A DNA stretch of 64,000 nucleotides from contig NZ_JBPPGJ010000003.1 of NCBI RefSeq assembly GCF_051594765.1, positions 264,226-328,225 of the forward strand. Direction: 5' to 3'. How positions within the stretch are numbered: the first letter of the stretch is position 1; the number at the start of each line of letters is the position of its first letter. The notes under the pieces were generated by a model. That model did no database searches. It was given only the letters and a program-made list of their open reading frames with translations, and was not told the origin of the DNA. The translations under genes and the position numbers were made by a program. Source of the DNA: Gorillibacterium sp. sgz5001074. GTDB taxonomy: Bacteria > Bacillota > Bacilli > Paenibacillales > NBRC-103111. Below are positions 1-10,214 of the stretch, one piece after another.

Positions 1-986
1 ACTCTCATGGACAGCCTTCCGCATTCGATAGCGGCCTCCGAGGCAAAGATGCGGGCCGCCAGAATCTTGGCAAGGGCGTCCGCTTCTCCGTTAGCCCCGG
101 CTCGGGCCGCTTCCAGCGTGATGGCTTTCGCGGCGGAGGCCTGCTTGTAGATGTTCCCGATATGGACCTGAACGGTCTCAATATGGGACAGCGATCTGCC
201 ATCCGGGTACTTCCGGCCCGCAGCATGGCCGCTGGCCACCTCGAACATATGCAGGGCCGTCCCGCTGTATATCGCGCCAAGCCCCGTGATGAAGAAGGGA
301 GCGACGACTTGGAAGACCTGCTCCTCGCCCGTGCCTTCCGCTCCGATGCGGTAGGAGGAATCCAGCCTGACTTGGTCTACCCGCATGGGGCAGGACGAAT
401 TGCCCCGCATCCCCATCCCCTGCCAACCGGACATCTCGAAGGAAAGGCCTTCGGCTTCCAGAGGGAACACCCAGTTGTTGATCTTCCCTTCCTCCACGGA
501 AGGTGCCAGAACGAGATAGTAGGACGCGTAGGATGCGGACGTGACCATGCTCTTCTTCCCGTTGAACGTGGTGTGGTCGCCGCTCACCACCGCCGTCATT
601 TCCGGAAGATAGAAGTGGGTGCCGGTCCCGAACTCGCTGTAGGCCAACGCCAGGAACTTCCCGTGTTCTACAACATCGGTGAAGACTCTCTTCTTCAGCT
701 CTTCGCTGCCATGGGTGACCAGACACATGACGGCAACGTTATGCATCATATAGCATAGAGCCGTGGTGGAGCAGGTCTCCGCGAAGGCCAGACAAGCCTG
801 GGCGTGCTCCTCCAGTCCTTTGCCGAACCCGCCGTATGCCTCCGGAATCAGCAGCTTCAGGAGGCCCTGCTCCCCAAGCGCCTTGAAGGATTCCTCGGGG
901 AATCTCGACTCGCTGTCCGTCCGATCCGTATAAGGCGCTATGAAGGACGCTGCAAAATCTCTGCATCTCTGATAGATCGATTCCAT
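1..986 (-). CDS. acyl-CoA dehydrogenase family protein; partial, C-terminus runs off the left edge
   Basis: My own minus-strand translation from an ATG near 986 (RBS AAGGAAGG) reads MESIYQRCRDFAASFIAPYT..GLLKLLIPEAYGGFG..MMHNVAVMCL and stays open to position 1. The track ORFs 162..758(+) and 178..726(-) are other frames with Arg/Gly-rich junk. Not in the track because no stop lies within the window. Confidence 0.6.
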   Translation of the reverse strand, partial: MESIYQRCRDFAASFIAPYTDRTDSESRFPEESFKALGEQGLLKLLIPEAYGGFGKGLEEHAQACLAFAETCSTTALCYMMHNVAVMCLVTHGSEELKKRVFTDVVEHGKFLALAYSEFGTGTHFYLPEMTAVVSGDHTTFNGKKSMVTSASYASYYLVLAPSVEEGKINNWVFPLEAEGLSFEMSGWQGMGMRGNSSCPMRVDQVRLDSSYRIGAEGTGEEQVFQVVAPFFITGLGAIYSGTALHMFEVASGHAAGRKYPDGRSLSHIETVQVHIGNIYKQASAAKAITLEAARAGANGEADALAKILAARIFASEAAIECGRLSMR

Positions 987-1151
987 AATGAGACCTTCCT
1001 TTGCTTCTTAATATTGTTTGGTAGATTATCATTCCGAGTCGATAAGAATTCATCTAAATTAATATATCATATTTTCAAAGATAGGGTGATAATTTTTCAT
1101 ATAGTCCATAAGAAAATGGAATATAGGCCATCCTGCGTCGGATGGCCCTCA

Positions 1152-2069
1152 TCAAAGCTCGTACAGCTCCACCATATTCTGGATTTCACGGTTCACATTC
1201 ATGAATAAATCCGGGGGATCCAATACTTTCACCATACTGCCGAAGCTCAAGATCTTGGCGATGGCACGTTCCATGGATGAGAAATAGGTGGTGAGCGACA
1301 AGGTGCCGTCAGCATTCACTTGGACTTGGTCGAACCCGAATTCATCGCGCACCCGGGTTTTCATCACCGGTTGAAACCGTAATACTGCTTGCACCTTCTT
1401 ATAATCCGCTCTGCTCATGAATTGCTGTTCGACATCTTCCAGCGAATAATCCCGCCTCATGTAATGGTCCGGCAAAATCTTCAGTTCACCTATACGGGAC
1501 AGGCGAAATACGCGGATGTCCATTCGGGTCAGGCAGTACCCGTATACGTACCAGACATATCCTTTGAGAAAAAGACCCATCGGCTCCAGCTTCCGTTCGG
1601 TTTCCACCCCGTTGTTATCTAAGTAGGTGAAGGAAACAAGCTGAAGGTCTCTGACCGCCTGGTGCAGGGGGCCGATATGCACTTTATCATTGGGTGCCGG
1701 CTTGAAATCGAGATCCATATAGATCGGATCCCTCGCTGTGTTCTTAGGCATTAGCGCGCCGATTCGTTCGATCAATGGATCGATCTCAGAATGATCCGCC
1801 GCGGACCGTATTCCGCGCAAGGCGGAGCAGATGGAGGCGAAATCCTCCAGCGACAATACTTGCTTATCCAATCGGTAGCCCTGCATTATCTCATACCCTC
1901 CATCCGATCCGGCGAAGGACACTATGGGGATACCGGCTTGATTGATCGCTTCCATGTCGCGGTAGATCGTTCGCAGGGAAACCTCGAATCGCTTGGCAAG
2001 GTCCGTTGCGCTGACGCGGGGTTGATTTAATAAGGTCATCGTAATCGCGAGCAAGCGATCCAGCTTCAT
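1152..2069 (-). CDS. WYL-domain (YafY-like) HTH transcriptional regulator
   Basis: 305 aa with an N-terminal HTH (LAKRFEVSLRTIYRD), a WYL-like middle and a C-terminal WCX-like region. RBS GGAGG 7 nt upstream of the ATG. Confidence 0.8.
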   Translation of the reverse strand: MKLDRLLAITMTLLNQPRVSATDLAKRFEVSLRTIYRDMEAINQAGIPIVSFAGSDGGYEIMQGYRLDKQVLSLEDFASICSALRGIRSAADHSEIDPLIERIGALMPKNTARDPIYMDLDFKPAPNDKVHIGPLHQAVRDLQLVSFTYLDNNGVETERKLEPMGLFLKGYVWYVYGYCLTRMDIRVFRLSRIGELKILPDHYMRRDYSLEDVEQQFMSRADYKKVQAVLRFQPVMKTRVRDEFGFDQVQVNADGTLSLTTYFSSMERAIAKILSFGSMVKVLDPPDLFMNVNREIQNMVELYEL

Positions 2070-2158
2070 GGAACAGCCTCCAATCCGGAACCTGTAATGG
2101 GAATATCACCCATTCCTTATTCTACACCTTTATCCTCCGGCCCTCTGTCCCCGAACGG

Positions 2159-3304
2159 TCAGTGAAAAATAATCTCCGTTGCAGCTGCATGCGGAACTAC
2201 AAAATGAAGCAGCCGTGCCCCCTCTTCAGATAGAGCCTCTTGATCTTGTTGGGAAAGATCTCGAAAGGGCTCCAGATGCAGGACCGCACGGTCACGGCCG
2301 CTCGTCAGCTTCCAGCTGCCCACAACGAATCCATCGACGAGGATCGCTGCGCGGACGATCCCATTGGAAGTGAACAGACGTTTGCGGTACGCCTCATCCA
2401 TGATCCGGCTGCGGTCCGCATAGGACAGCAGCATATTATCGAACTCGCCAAGGAAGCGTGGTGCAGATGGCGTATCGGGATCAGGCCGAGGTGCATCCGG
2501 CAGATCGAACAGCTCCTCGCCCTGTTCGTTGCGGAATGGGATCAGACACGGACGGAGAGATTCTATATCTTCATGAATACGTGTAAGTCCTGACCATACT
2601 TGAATATCCTTGACGGTTGCCGGTCCGAATGCGGTCAAATACCTTCGAATGAGCCATTCCCGCTCGACCTCGTAGGATAAGGGCTGGCCTAGCCATGCCT
2701 CAACGGACGTATGCTTAGCCTGACCGCTCATCCCCCATACCCCCCGCGGCGGTACTTGCACAAGCGGGATCCTATTCCGAACCACACCCGCTGCAGCCTC
2801 CGGGTCGAGACCGGGCCAATGCTCGCCTAGACGCAGGCCCAATTCATGGAAGGTCATAGGTTCCTTCTCGACCCATTCCCTTGCGGCTGCAGCAAGTGCC
2901 TCGAGGTCTACTCCTTGAAGCTGCTTGCCGAAGGCTCCCTTCAGGCTGCGGTCCATGACGGGCTGCAGCAAGGGGCGAAGCCGCAAAGCATCACGAGACG
3001 TGACCAAGTGCAGGGTGGCCCTCATCAATGCCATCCGTATAACCCGCTTATCCCTTAAGAGCCCCGACAATTCTTCGTGCCGAAAATCCTCTACCCGCGA
3101 CCACAAAGCGAAATAAGGGGCAGCCGGGGATTGCGCCTGCATCCCGGCCAGACTCTCGATGGCCTCCAAGACGGGGAGCTTCGCACGGCTAAGCAGCCAT
3201 TGCCTTGCCAGCAAGGCGCGGTTCAACGCTCGGTTGCAGAGTACGGTACCGGGCTCTCTATCGTTTGCTGACATTTCGAACGGTGCTCTTTTTGCTGCAT
3301 CCAT
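2159..3304 (-). CDS. winged-helix AlkZ/YcaQ-like (HTH_42) protein, putative DNA-crosslink glycosylase family
   Basis: 381 aa with a motif pattern typical of the DUF1006/AlkZ-like family. True start may be the internal Met near 3274. Confidence 0.6.
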   Translation of the reverse strand: MDAAKRAPFEMSANDREPGTVLCNRALNRALLARQWLLSRAKLPVLEAIESLAGMQAQSPAAPYFALWSRVEDFRHEELSGLLRDKRVIRMALMRATLHLVTSRDALRLRPLLQPVMDRSLKGAFGKQLQGVDLEALAAAAREWVEKEPMTFHELGLRLGEHWPGLDPEAAAGVVRNRIPLVQVPPRGVWGMSGQAKHTSVEAWLGQPLSYEVEREWLIRRYLTAFGPATVKDIQVWSGLTRIHEDIESLRPCLIPFRNEQGEELFDLPDAPRPDPDTPSAPRFLGEFDNMLLSYADRSRIMDEAYRKRLFTSNGIVRAAILVDGFVVGSWKLTSGRDRAVLHLEPFRDLSQQDQEALSEEGARLLHFVVPHAAATEIIFH

Positions 3305-3347
3305 GCGTGTAGCTCCCCTCTTTTATAGCCAATCTTGTTCTCTAGCG

Positions 3348-4508
3348 TTAGCGGAATCGTTGAAAGAAATTCCGGATATCGGGAATGAGGAGATCCGGCG
3401 CATCCATCGCGGCAAAGTGGGTTCCCCGCTCATATTCCGACCACTGCACGATATTCGTATTGTCACGTTCGGCGAACCGCTTGATCGATTTAAAATCATG
3501 TCCGAATACCGCCACCCCTGTAGGAATCGTATTCGGTCCCTGCGGCTCCGGACCATGGTTGTGTGCATTCTCATAATACAAACGAGCGGACGATTCTGCC
3601 GTATTGGTCAGCCAATATAAGGTGACGTTCGACAGGAATGCATCACGGTCAATAAAATCCACATGATCGCCGAAACCGCAAAACAATTCGGCAATCCAAG
3701 CAAGCTGGCCGGACGGCGAGTCCGACAGTCCATAGGAGAGGGTCTGCGGCCGTGTGGATTGGATCGAGTTGAAACCCGCACGCTCTTGGAACTGGGCCAG
3801 GAATTGAAGCTTCCGCTGATCCTCCTCCGATAAGTCCGCCATCTCCGCCGGATCCCCGGAAGGAAAAGAAAAGAGCTGCAGCACATGGATGCCCCGAAGG
3901 CCCTCCGGCTTCTGGATACCAAGCTCCCTCGACACAAGTGCACCGCAATCGCTGCCGTGAGCACCATATTCCATATAGCCCAAGCGCTTCATAAGGATAT
4001 CCCAGGCTTGAGAGATGCGAGCGATATCCCATCCGGCTGTAAGCCCCGAGAATCCGAATCCAGGTACGGACGGGATGACCAGGTGGAAGGCTTGGGCCGG
4101 ATCGCCGCCATAACTGCGCGGATCACTGAGCGGACCGATTAGTTCCATAAACTCGACAATCGAACTGGGCCATGCGTGGGTGAGCAGCAGGGGGAACGCA
4201 TCCGGTTCAGGCGAGCGGACATGGATAAAGTGAATGTTGGCCCCATCAATATTCGTCATGAACTGGGGGTACGCATTCAAGCGGGCTTCGAATTTACGCC
4301 AATCGTATTCCTTCTCCCAATAGGCGGCTAACTCTTTCACATAGTCGAGGGATACCCCATATTTCCAGCCGGCTCCGTCTAGAGCGTCCGGCCAGCGAGT
4401 CCGGGACAATCGATTCCGGAGGTCATCCAGATCCTCTTGCGGGATGGAGATGTGGAACGGAACCATCTCGGTACTTGCCTCGGAAAGGGCTGGTCTTGAG
4501 TTTGTCAT
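3348..4508 (-). CDS. epoxide hydrolase (N-terminal EHN domain plus alpha/beta hydrolase fold)
   Basis: Start moved from the track's 4553 to the MTNSRP Met, which has a perfect AAGGAGG RBS 7 nt upstream. The N-terminal motif pattern is typical of microsomal-type epoxide hydrolases. Confidence 0.8.
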   Translation of the reverse strand: MTNSRPALSEASTEMVPFHISIPQEDLDDLRNRLSRTRWPDALDGAGWKYGVSLDYVKELAAYWEKEYDWRKFEARLNAYPQFMTNIDGANIHFIHVRSPEPDAFPLLLTHAWPSSIVEFMELIGPLSDPRSYGGDPAQAFHLVIPSVPGFGFSGLTAGWDIARISQAWDILMKRLGYMEYGAHGSDCGALVSRELGIQKPEGLRGIHVLQLFSFPSGDPAEMADLSEEDQRKLQFLAQFQERAGFNSIQSTRPQTLSYGLSDSPSGQLAWIAELFCGFGDHVDFIDRDAFLSNVTLYWLTNTAESSARLYYENAHNHGPEPQGPNTIPTGVAVFGHDFKSIKRFAERDNTNIVQWSEYERGTHFAAMDAPDLLIPDIRNFFQRFR

Positions 4509-4644
4509 GGGAATGGCCTCCTTGAATTGGATTATCTTGCTTACAATACCCATATTAAACCACGAACCCTGACAGCCTTATGTCAAGGTGCCTGCGTATA
4601 GTCAAAAAAAAAGGCCCCCACCTAACGATGGGGACCTGCAGCAC

Positions 4645-4992
4645 TCATAACGTTTGAGCCGCTTTGCTCAACAGAGCCGCAAGCTCGCCCCTATCGGCGG
4701 TTTGCCCTTTGCGGAGCTTCAGCGTCTTCCTCTCCGGCGGACCCTCATACAGATCCTCCGGAATCTCCAGTCCAGTCGTGTTGAACAGCGTGAAGCTGAC
4801 CGCGTCCTTCGAGGGCGAGATGACGGCAAGGTACTTGCCGTTCTTCAGAAAATGAGGCTTCTTGTACTGGATACGCTCCTGAACGTTCTCGACGGCCTCA
4901 TGGACAACTCCACGCAGGGCAATCACCAGCTCCACCTGCCACGGCTCCTTCAGAGCCTCAATAAAATTCGTCACTTCCGGGTTCATATTCAT
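4645..4992 (-). CDS. DUF1801 (YdhG-like) domain protein
   Basis: The track ORF is 197 aa, but GAAGGAGG sits directly upstream of the internal MNMNPEV Met, giving a 115-aa protein typical of DUF1801. Confidence 0.65.
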   Translation of the reverse strand: MNMNPEVTNFIEALKEPWQVELVIALRGVVHEAVENVQERIQYKKPHFLKNGKYLAVISPSKDAVSFTLFNTTGLEIPEDLYEGPPERKTLKLRKGQTADRGELAALLSKAAQTL

Positions 4993-5184
4993 CTCCTCCT
5001 TCGATATGGATGTGCTCCAGGCTGGTATTTCTCCAGTCCGTATAAGTGGATTCGATTGTAGACTCCAATTCCCTCCTTTTTTCCATAATTCTTCCGAAAA
5101 TTTAGGGTAAGGTTCATCGCGCTGTCTGTACGGGGGTGCATCGAGTATACTGGAGATATAACTTCTGCATAAGGTGTTGATGAC

Positions 5185-5838
5185 ATGTCTCCCCGTACGA
5201 AGAAACAGAACGAGGCCATTCGAGAGCAGCGGAAGCAAGAGATATTGCAGGCGGCCATTCGTGTCTATGTGGCAAAGGGCTATGCGGCCGCGAACTTAAG
5301 CGATGTGGCGGACCAGGCGGGTCTTGCACATGGGTTGGTCTACTACTACTTCAAGAATAAAAGGCAGCTCTTTCGTGAGCTTTACGAATCTACGATGACC
5401 CGGTCCCTTCAATATACGACGGCCTATTTCGAACAACATGCCCCTGTGCTGGAGCAATTCAAAAACTTCGCCCTGCTCAACTGTGAACGCGTCGTCCAAG
5501 ATCCGGAGACCCAGCGTTTCTATATGCGAATCAGTCTGGATCTGCATCATTTATATGAGCCTGGAGAGCTGTCGCCCTTTGAATGGATGAAGAGCTTCAT
5601 CAAACCGATGACACAAGCCATTGAACTGGGAATTCAACAAGGCGTTATCCGTCCGGGAGACGCGAATCTCATGTCCATGCAATTTTGGGGAGCCATTTCT
5701 CAAGGAGTGAATTACCTGGATCAGCTGCTTCAGGATTTCACCGCTCAAGGTATGGCAGATGCCGACATCAACCGCTTCGTTAGCGAGAAATTCGATCAAA
5801 TCGCGGAGTCGGCGGTTTCGTTCTTCAAACTGGGATAA
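5185..5838 (+). CDS. TetR/AcrR family transcriptional regulator
   Basis: 217 aa with an N-terminal TetR HTH (AAIRVYVAKGYAAANLSDVADQAGLAHGLVYYYF). Confidence 0.85.
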   Translation: MSPRTKKQNEAIREQRKQEILQAAIRVYVAKGYAAANLSDVADQAGLAHGLVYYYFKNKRQLFRELYESTMTRSLQYTTAYFEQHAPVLEQFKNFALLNCERVVQDPETQRFYMRISLDLHHLYEPGELSPFEWMKSFIKPMTQAIELGIQQGVIRPGDANLMSMQFWGAISQGVNYLDQLLQDFTAQGMADADINRFVSEKFDQIAESAVSFFKLG

Positions 5839-5856
5839 CCAGTTTACATTTTATGG

Positions 5857-5885
5857 TTGACTGACAACTCAATCAAAAATATAAT
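5857..5885 (+). promoter_or_regulatory. near-consensus sigma-A promoter (TTGACT, 17-nt spacer, TATAAT)
   Basis: TTGACT at 5857-5862, a 17-nt spacer, then TATAAT at 5880-5885, about 20 nt upstream of the TTG start at 5907. Confidence 0.6.
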
Positions 5886-5906
5886 GGTCTCAAGGAGCGT
5901 GATCCA

Positions 5907-6326
5907 TTGCCAACGATTCGCAAGGAAATTATGGTTGCTGCATCGCCCGAGCAGGTATGGGCTGCAGTCAGCGATGTAGGTGCCGTCCATTATCGTCTTG
6001 TCCCCGGTTATACCGAGAATACCCTGATCAACGGTCACGAAAGAACGCTCATTCTGCCCAATGGCGGTCAAGTTCGGGAGTTCATCATCTCCATCGATCA
6101 CAAGGAGCGCCGAATGGCGTACGCGGTAAAGGAAGGACGCATGCCATTGCTGCATCATCATGCAACCTTTCAAGTCTTTTCCCATGGCGATAACGGCGCC
6201 AAGCTCGTCTGGATCACGGATTTCCTCCCCGAGCATCTCGCCCCGGAGATTGAAGCCCATGTACATCGGGGAGCAGAGGTTATGCGAGCGACGATCGAGG
6301 CTGCAGCACATGGTGCCGCCCAATGA
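5907..6326 (+). CDS. SRPBCC (polyketide-cyclase/AHSA1-like) family protein
   Basis: 139 aa, TTG start with an AAGGAG RBS. Its stop overlaps the next gene's start (ATGA), so the two form an operon. Confidence 0.7.
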   Translation: MPTIRKEIMVAASPEQVWAAVSDVGAVHYRLVPGYTENTLINGHERTLILPNGGQVREFIISIDHKERRMAYAVKEGRMPLLHHHATFQVFSHGDNGAKLVWITDFLPEHLAPEIEAHVHRGAEVMRATIEAAAHGAAQ

Positions 6327-6916
6327 GAACCTTGGTCGTTGTGGCTCACCCCCATATCGAACGGTCTCGTGTCAATCAACGCTGGTTGGCGGAATTGCGT
6401 GGCACCCCCCATCCCATAACGGTTCATGAATTATACAAGGCATATCCGGACTTTTCCATCGACGCGGAGAAGGAGCAGAGCCTTCTGGCCCAGCATGATC
6501 GGTTCGGCTTGCAGTTCCCCATCCAATGGTACAGCATGCCGGCTTTGCTCAAGATGTGGCTGGACGATGTGTTTACCACGACTTGGCTCTTCGGGGACGG
6601 CGGCAGGGCTGTGGCGGGGAAAGAGCTCCTCCTGGCTATGTCGATCGGAGGCCATGAAGCATCCTACCAGTCCGGCGGCCTGATTGGCTACACGATCAGC
6701 GAACTGGTACGCCCGTTGCAAGTGTTTGCCAACCAGATCGGGATGACGTTCTTGCCGCATTATAAGTTCTATAACGCCAACAAGGCCAGCGAGGACGAGA
6801 TCGATCACAGTGCGGTTTCTTATGTGGAGCACCTCACCTCTCCCGACCTGAATCCCATCGTTGTTCGAAAACGTATACTAGACGAAATGAAGAGGAACGG
6901 TTCAGCATCCCTCTAG
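6323..6916 (+). CDS. NAD(P)H-dependent oxidoreductase, flavodoxin-like fold (NAD(P)H quinone dehydrogenase family)
   Basis: 197 aa starting MRTLVVVAHPHIERSRVN with an FPIQWYSMPALLKMWLD-type motif. Confidence 0.75.
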   Translation: MRTLVVVAHPHIERSRVNQRWLAELRGTPHPITVHELYKAYPDFSIDAEKEQSLLAQHDRFGLQFPIQWYSMPALLKMWLDDVFTTTWLFGDGGRAVAGKELLLAMSIGGHEASYQSGGLIGYTISELVRPLQVFANQIGMTFLPHYKFYNANKASEDEIDHSAVSYVEHLTSPDLNPIVVRKRILDEMKRNGSASL

Positions 6917-6988
6917 CTTGCGGTTCTTCAACCATGCCCGTTCCGTACCGGATCATCATCCTATCCCGCCGGCGCGGGCTTTCACTTT

Positions 6989-7873
6989 TTATGGATGTGC
7001 CTCCAGCTCCTGCTTTAGATATTGATAGAGCTTATGACTCGCCAGCTGGAATGGGTATGCCGACTCCTTGCACAGGATCCCGCAGGTCATATGGACCAGG
7101 CTTCCACCGATCGGTTTCGTTACGGTCCCCTTTTCGGGCTCCACCATAATTTGAGGAACAAGCGCGATTCCGATCCCCTTCTCCACATAAAATTTCAACG
7201 CCGTCATACTCCCGATCTCCATCGTGTCGAGAGACACATTCCCTTTTTCCTGCATCACCATCTCCAGCTTCCTGCGATAGGGGCAGGTCGATGATGTGAT
7301 GAGCAGCCTGCTGCCTCGAAGATCATCCGGTTCTATGACATCCTTCCGCGCAAGCGGATGATTCTCGGGCATTAAGGCCACGAACTCTTCTTGATATAAC
7401 GGTTCGAAATACAAGCCGGTGCCCATGTTAGGCGCCGTAGTAAGGGAGAAATCGATGTCCCCCTTGAGGATGCGCTCGCTAAGGGCCGGAGTGTTCGAGA
7501 TTTCCACGGAAATGCGGATATTCGGATAGGCGGACATGAATGTCGACAAGATGCCGGGCAAGCGGTAACTGGCTGTTGGCTCCGTGGCCCCTATGCGCAC
7601 ATGCCCGGTTTCGCCCGATTTCAGATCCGTTAAGCTTGACTGGAGGTGCTCCATATTTCTTACGATCTGCAGGCTCTGCTCATAGAACAGTCTTCCGGCT
7701 TCCGTCAGGCTAATCTCTCTTCCACGCTCTAGAAGCTGAACCCCCAGTTCGGATTCAAGCTTTTGCATTTGCATCGTGACGGTGGACTGCGCATAGTTCA
7801 TTTCTTGCGCCGCGCGTATAAAGCTCCCGTATTTCACGATGAGCTGAAAAGTTTTTAACGTCTTGAGCTCCAC
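6989..7873 (-). CDS. LysR family transcriptional regulator
   Basis: 294 aa with an N-terminal LysR HTH (LKTFQLIVKYGSFIRAAQEMNYAQSTVTMQMQKLE) and a substrate-binding domain. GTG start. Confidence 0.85.
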   Translation of the reverse strand: MELKTLKTFQLIVKYGSFIRAAQEMNYAQSTVTMQMQKLESELGVQLLERGREISLTEAGRLFYEQSLQIVRNMEHLQSSLTDLKSGETGHVRIGATEPTASYRLPGILSTFMSAYPNIRISVEISNTPALSERILKGDIDFSLTTAPNMGTGLYFEPLYQEEFVALMPENHPLARKDVIEPDDLRGSRLLITSSTCPYRRKLEMVMQEKGNVSLDTMEIGSMTALKFYVEKGIGIALVPQIMVEPEKGTVTKPIGGSLVHMTCGILCKESAYPFQLASHKLYQYLKQELEAHP

Positions 7874-7992
7874 GGTCCATCCCCCTACGACAATTCATTG
7901 AAATTGAATTAATGCTTCAATTCATTCAATTATACAAATAGTGTTGGGGCGATTACAATGAAAATCAAAGAACGTAAAGGAGTGGAGTTAGG

Positions 7993-8733
7993 ATGGAACT
8001 TAAGAATAAAGTGGCTCTTGTTACCGGGGGCGGTACGGGGATTGGCAGAGCGACCAGCTGCGCACTGGCTGAACGAGGCGCAACCGTTATCGTGAATTAC
8101 TCACGTTCTCAAACCGATGCAGAGGAAACCGTGCATTCGATTAACCTTAAGGGAGGGCGGGCTATAGCCCTGCAAGCAGACGTCTCCCAGGACAAGGAAG
8201 TCCGGGGCATGATTGAAACCATTGTTCAGCAATTCGGAACCGTGGATTTGCTCGTTAACAATGCCAGCATCACCAGACATATTCCAATGGATGATCTGGA
8301 GATGGCAACGGAGGAGGTATGGGACGACTTATTCGCGGTGAATGTGAAAGGGATGTTCTACTGCGCGCGGGCTGTAGCCCCCTACATGAAGAACAATCAT
8401 CAAGGGGCGATCGTCAATCTCGGCAGCATAGCGGGCCAAACAGGCCTAGGCTCCTCGCTGCCTTACGCCGTATCGAAGGCCGCCGTTCACGGACTCACAA
8501 AATCGTTGGCGCGGGCGCTGGCTCCCGATATTCGGGTCAACTGCATCGTACCGGGTGCCGTCTCCACAAGATGGTGGGCCGGAAGGGAAGACCAAATGAA
8601 CCGGCTGGCCCCGCATCTGTTGTTGCAGCGCATTTCGACACCCGAGGATATTGCGTCCATGGTCTGTTCCGCCTTGGAACAGGAAGCCATGACCGGTCAG
8701 ATCATCACCGTTGACAGCGGACAAACCTTGTAA
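7993..8733 (+). CDS. SDR family oxidoreductase (FabG-like)
   Basis: TGGGTGIG Rossmann motif and a YxxxK active site (YAVSKAA). RBS AAAGGAG. Confidence 0.85.
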   Translation: MELKNKVALVTGGGTGIGRATSCALAERGATVIVNYSRSQTDAEETVHSINLKGGRAIALQADVSQDKEVRGMIETIVQQFGTVDLLVNNASITRHIPMDDLEMATEEVWDDLFAVNVKGMFYCARAVAPYMKNNHQGAIVNLGSIAGQTGLGSSLPYAVSKAAVHGLTKSLARALAPDIRVNCIVPGAVSTRWWAGREDQMNRLAPHLLLQRISTPEDIASMVCSALEQEAMTGQIITVDSGQTL

Positions 8734-8746
8734 GGATTATTACGGG

Positions 8747-9241
8747 TTACCCCCCGGAAGCCGGCGGCTTGCGCCCCCCAGCCGATCCTGGGAAAAAGGC
8801 CATCTCTACAGGTGAGACGGGCTTGGGCTTCGCCTCTCCCGCCGTGGCTTCCGGACTGTCATCGGAGCAATCTCTTCGAATTTTTCCCTCCCCCAGCTTC
8901 ATATCGATGAAATCGACGACCTGCTGCAGAGAGGCGATTTGGGATATGATCGTTTCCCGATGGCTTCTTAAGTGTTCCACCAGCTCGGGATATTCCGCGG
9001 GATCGGCATCGGCGGAGACGGTCAGAAAGGGCCGCATTTCACCGAGCGGCATCCCCGTTTTCTTCAGGCAGGAGATCAGCCGGATCGTATCGATGTCCTC
9101 CTGCCGATAGATGCGGTGCCCGTTATCCTTCCGGTCAGCCCGGGGCAGCAGCGCGATCTTCTCATAGTACCGGATCGTATCCTCGGAAATTCCGGTTTGT
9201 GCGGCGGTTTGCTTTATCGTATAACTCCGCTCTTCCTTCAT
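8747..9241 (-). CDS. MerR family transcriptional regulator
   Basis: N-terminal MerR HTH (YTIKQTAAQTGISEDTIRYYEKIALL). AAGGAGGGG RBS. Confidence 0.8.
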   Translation of the reverse strand: MKEERSYTIKQTAAQTGISEDTIRYYEKIALLPRADRKDNGHRIYRQEDIDTIRLISCLKKTGMPLGEMRPFLTVSADADPAEYPELVEHLRSHRETIISQIASLQQVVDFIDMKLGEGKIRRDCSDDSPEATAGEAKPKPVSPVEMAFFPGSAGGRKPPASGG

Positions 9242-9347
9242 CCTGTCCCCTCCTTGTGTAGATGATGGTCTTCTTGACTTGGAGTCGACTCCAACTTATA
9301 CAATGTGCACTATCAAGGGGAATCCCGGTATCAGGAGGAGATGTGCG

Positions 9348-10202
9348 ATGAACAGGAGACCAAGTGAATCGATCGCATTGATTACAGGCGCAAGCGCAGG
9401 AATCGGATTGGAATTAACCCGGAAGCTGCTGTCGGAGGACTGGCAGGTGATTGCTCTGAATCGTTCGGACTTTCCGTCGGACGATGAGCGAATCCAAACC
9501 GCACTCCGTCTTGGACGGCTTCGAATTTACAAAACGGCTGATCTTGCCGATTACGCCAGCTTGCGGCAGGTCCTGGAAGAGATCAAGAGCAAGGAACAGC
9601 GGATTGATATCCTGTTTAACAACGCTGGCGGGTCCTTTCCCGAGCTGAGCTATTCGAAGCAAGGGCGTGAACGGCATTATGAGCTGCTAACGGTTGTTCC
9701 GTACATCATCCTGATGGAATTGAAGGAACCGATTATGCGGGGCCAGTTCAAAACGGTGATCAACACCTCCTCTTCTGCGCAGAAATGGACGAAGGAGTTT
9801 ACGGTCGATATATTGGAGCATCCCAAAACCTTCCGGAAGCTGCTTGGTCCTTACGCCACCTCCAAGCTAGCTCTTTCCCTATGGACGCAGGCCATTGCGC
9901 CGCAGCTAGCCAAGGACGGCATCAAGATCCGCAGTGTTGATCCGGGCGGCAACAATACGCTTCGTAAGGGGAAGAAATCCGGGTTGCCTCTCTTCGTAAC
10001 CGTGCTTATGAAGCTGTTCTTTGCCCCCCCTACCCGCGGAGCCAGCAAGCTGTACGAAGGTGCGCTCGGGGAACATCGCGATAAGACCGGGGTGTTTTTG
10101 GTGAAGGGTCAGGTTGCAGCGTTACAGTTTCAAGATCAAGCACAGAACGTACTGGAACGGGTCCAGGCGATTTACGAGCACGACTATATCCTGCATCGTT
10201 GA
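9348..10202 (+). CDS. SDR family oxidoreductase
   Basis: Start placed at MNRRPSESIALITGASAGIG, which has an AGGAGGA RBS. The track start at 9279 lacks an RBS. Confidence 0.75.
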   Translation: MNRRPSESIALITGASAGIGLELTRKLLSEDWQVIALNRSDFPSDDERIQTALRLGRLRIYKTADLADYASLRQVLEEIKSKEQRIDILFNNAGGSFPELSYSKQGRERHYELLTVVPYIILMELKEPIMRGQFKTVINTSSSAQKWTKEFTVDILEHPKTFRKLLGPYATSKLALSLWTQAIAPQLAKDGIKIRSVDPGGNNTLRKGKKSGLPLFVTVLMKLFFAPPTRGASKLYEGALGEHRDKTGVFLVKGQVAALQFQDQAQNVLERVQAIYEHDYILHR

Positions 10203-10214
10203 GATCGTAAGCTA

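Noticed and set aside
162-758. Two long overlapping track ORFs (162..758 + and 178..726 -) at the left edge
   Set aside because: Both are Arg/Gly/His-rich and lack protein-like composition. A third frame on the minus strand gives a clean acyl-CoA-dehydrogenase-like translation running off the window edge. It is not in the track because no stop lies within the window.
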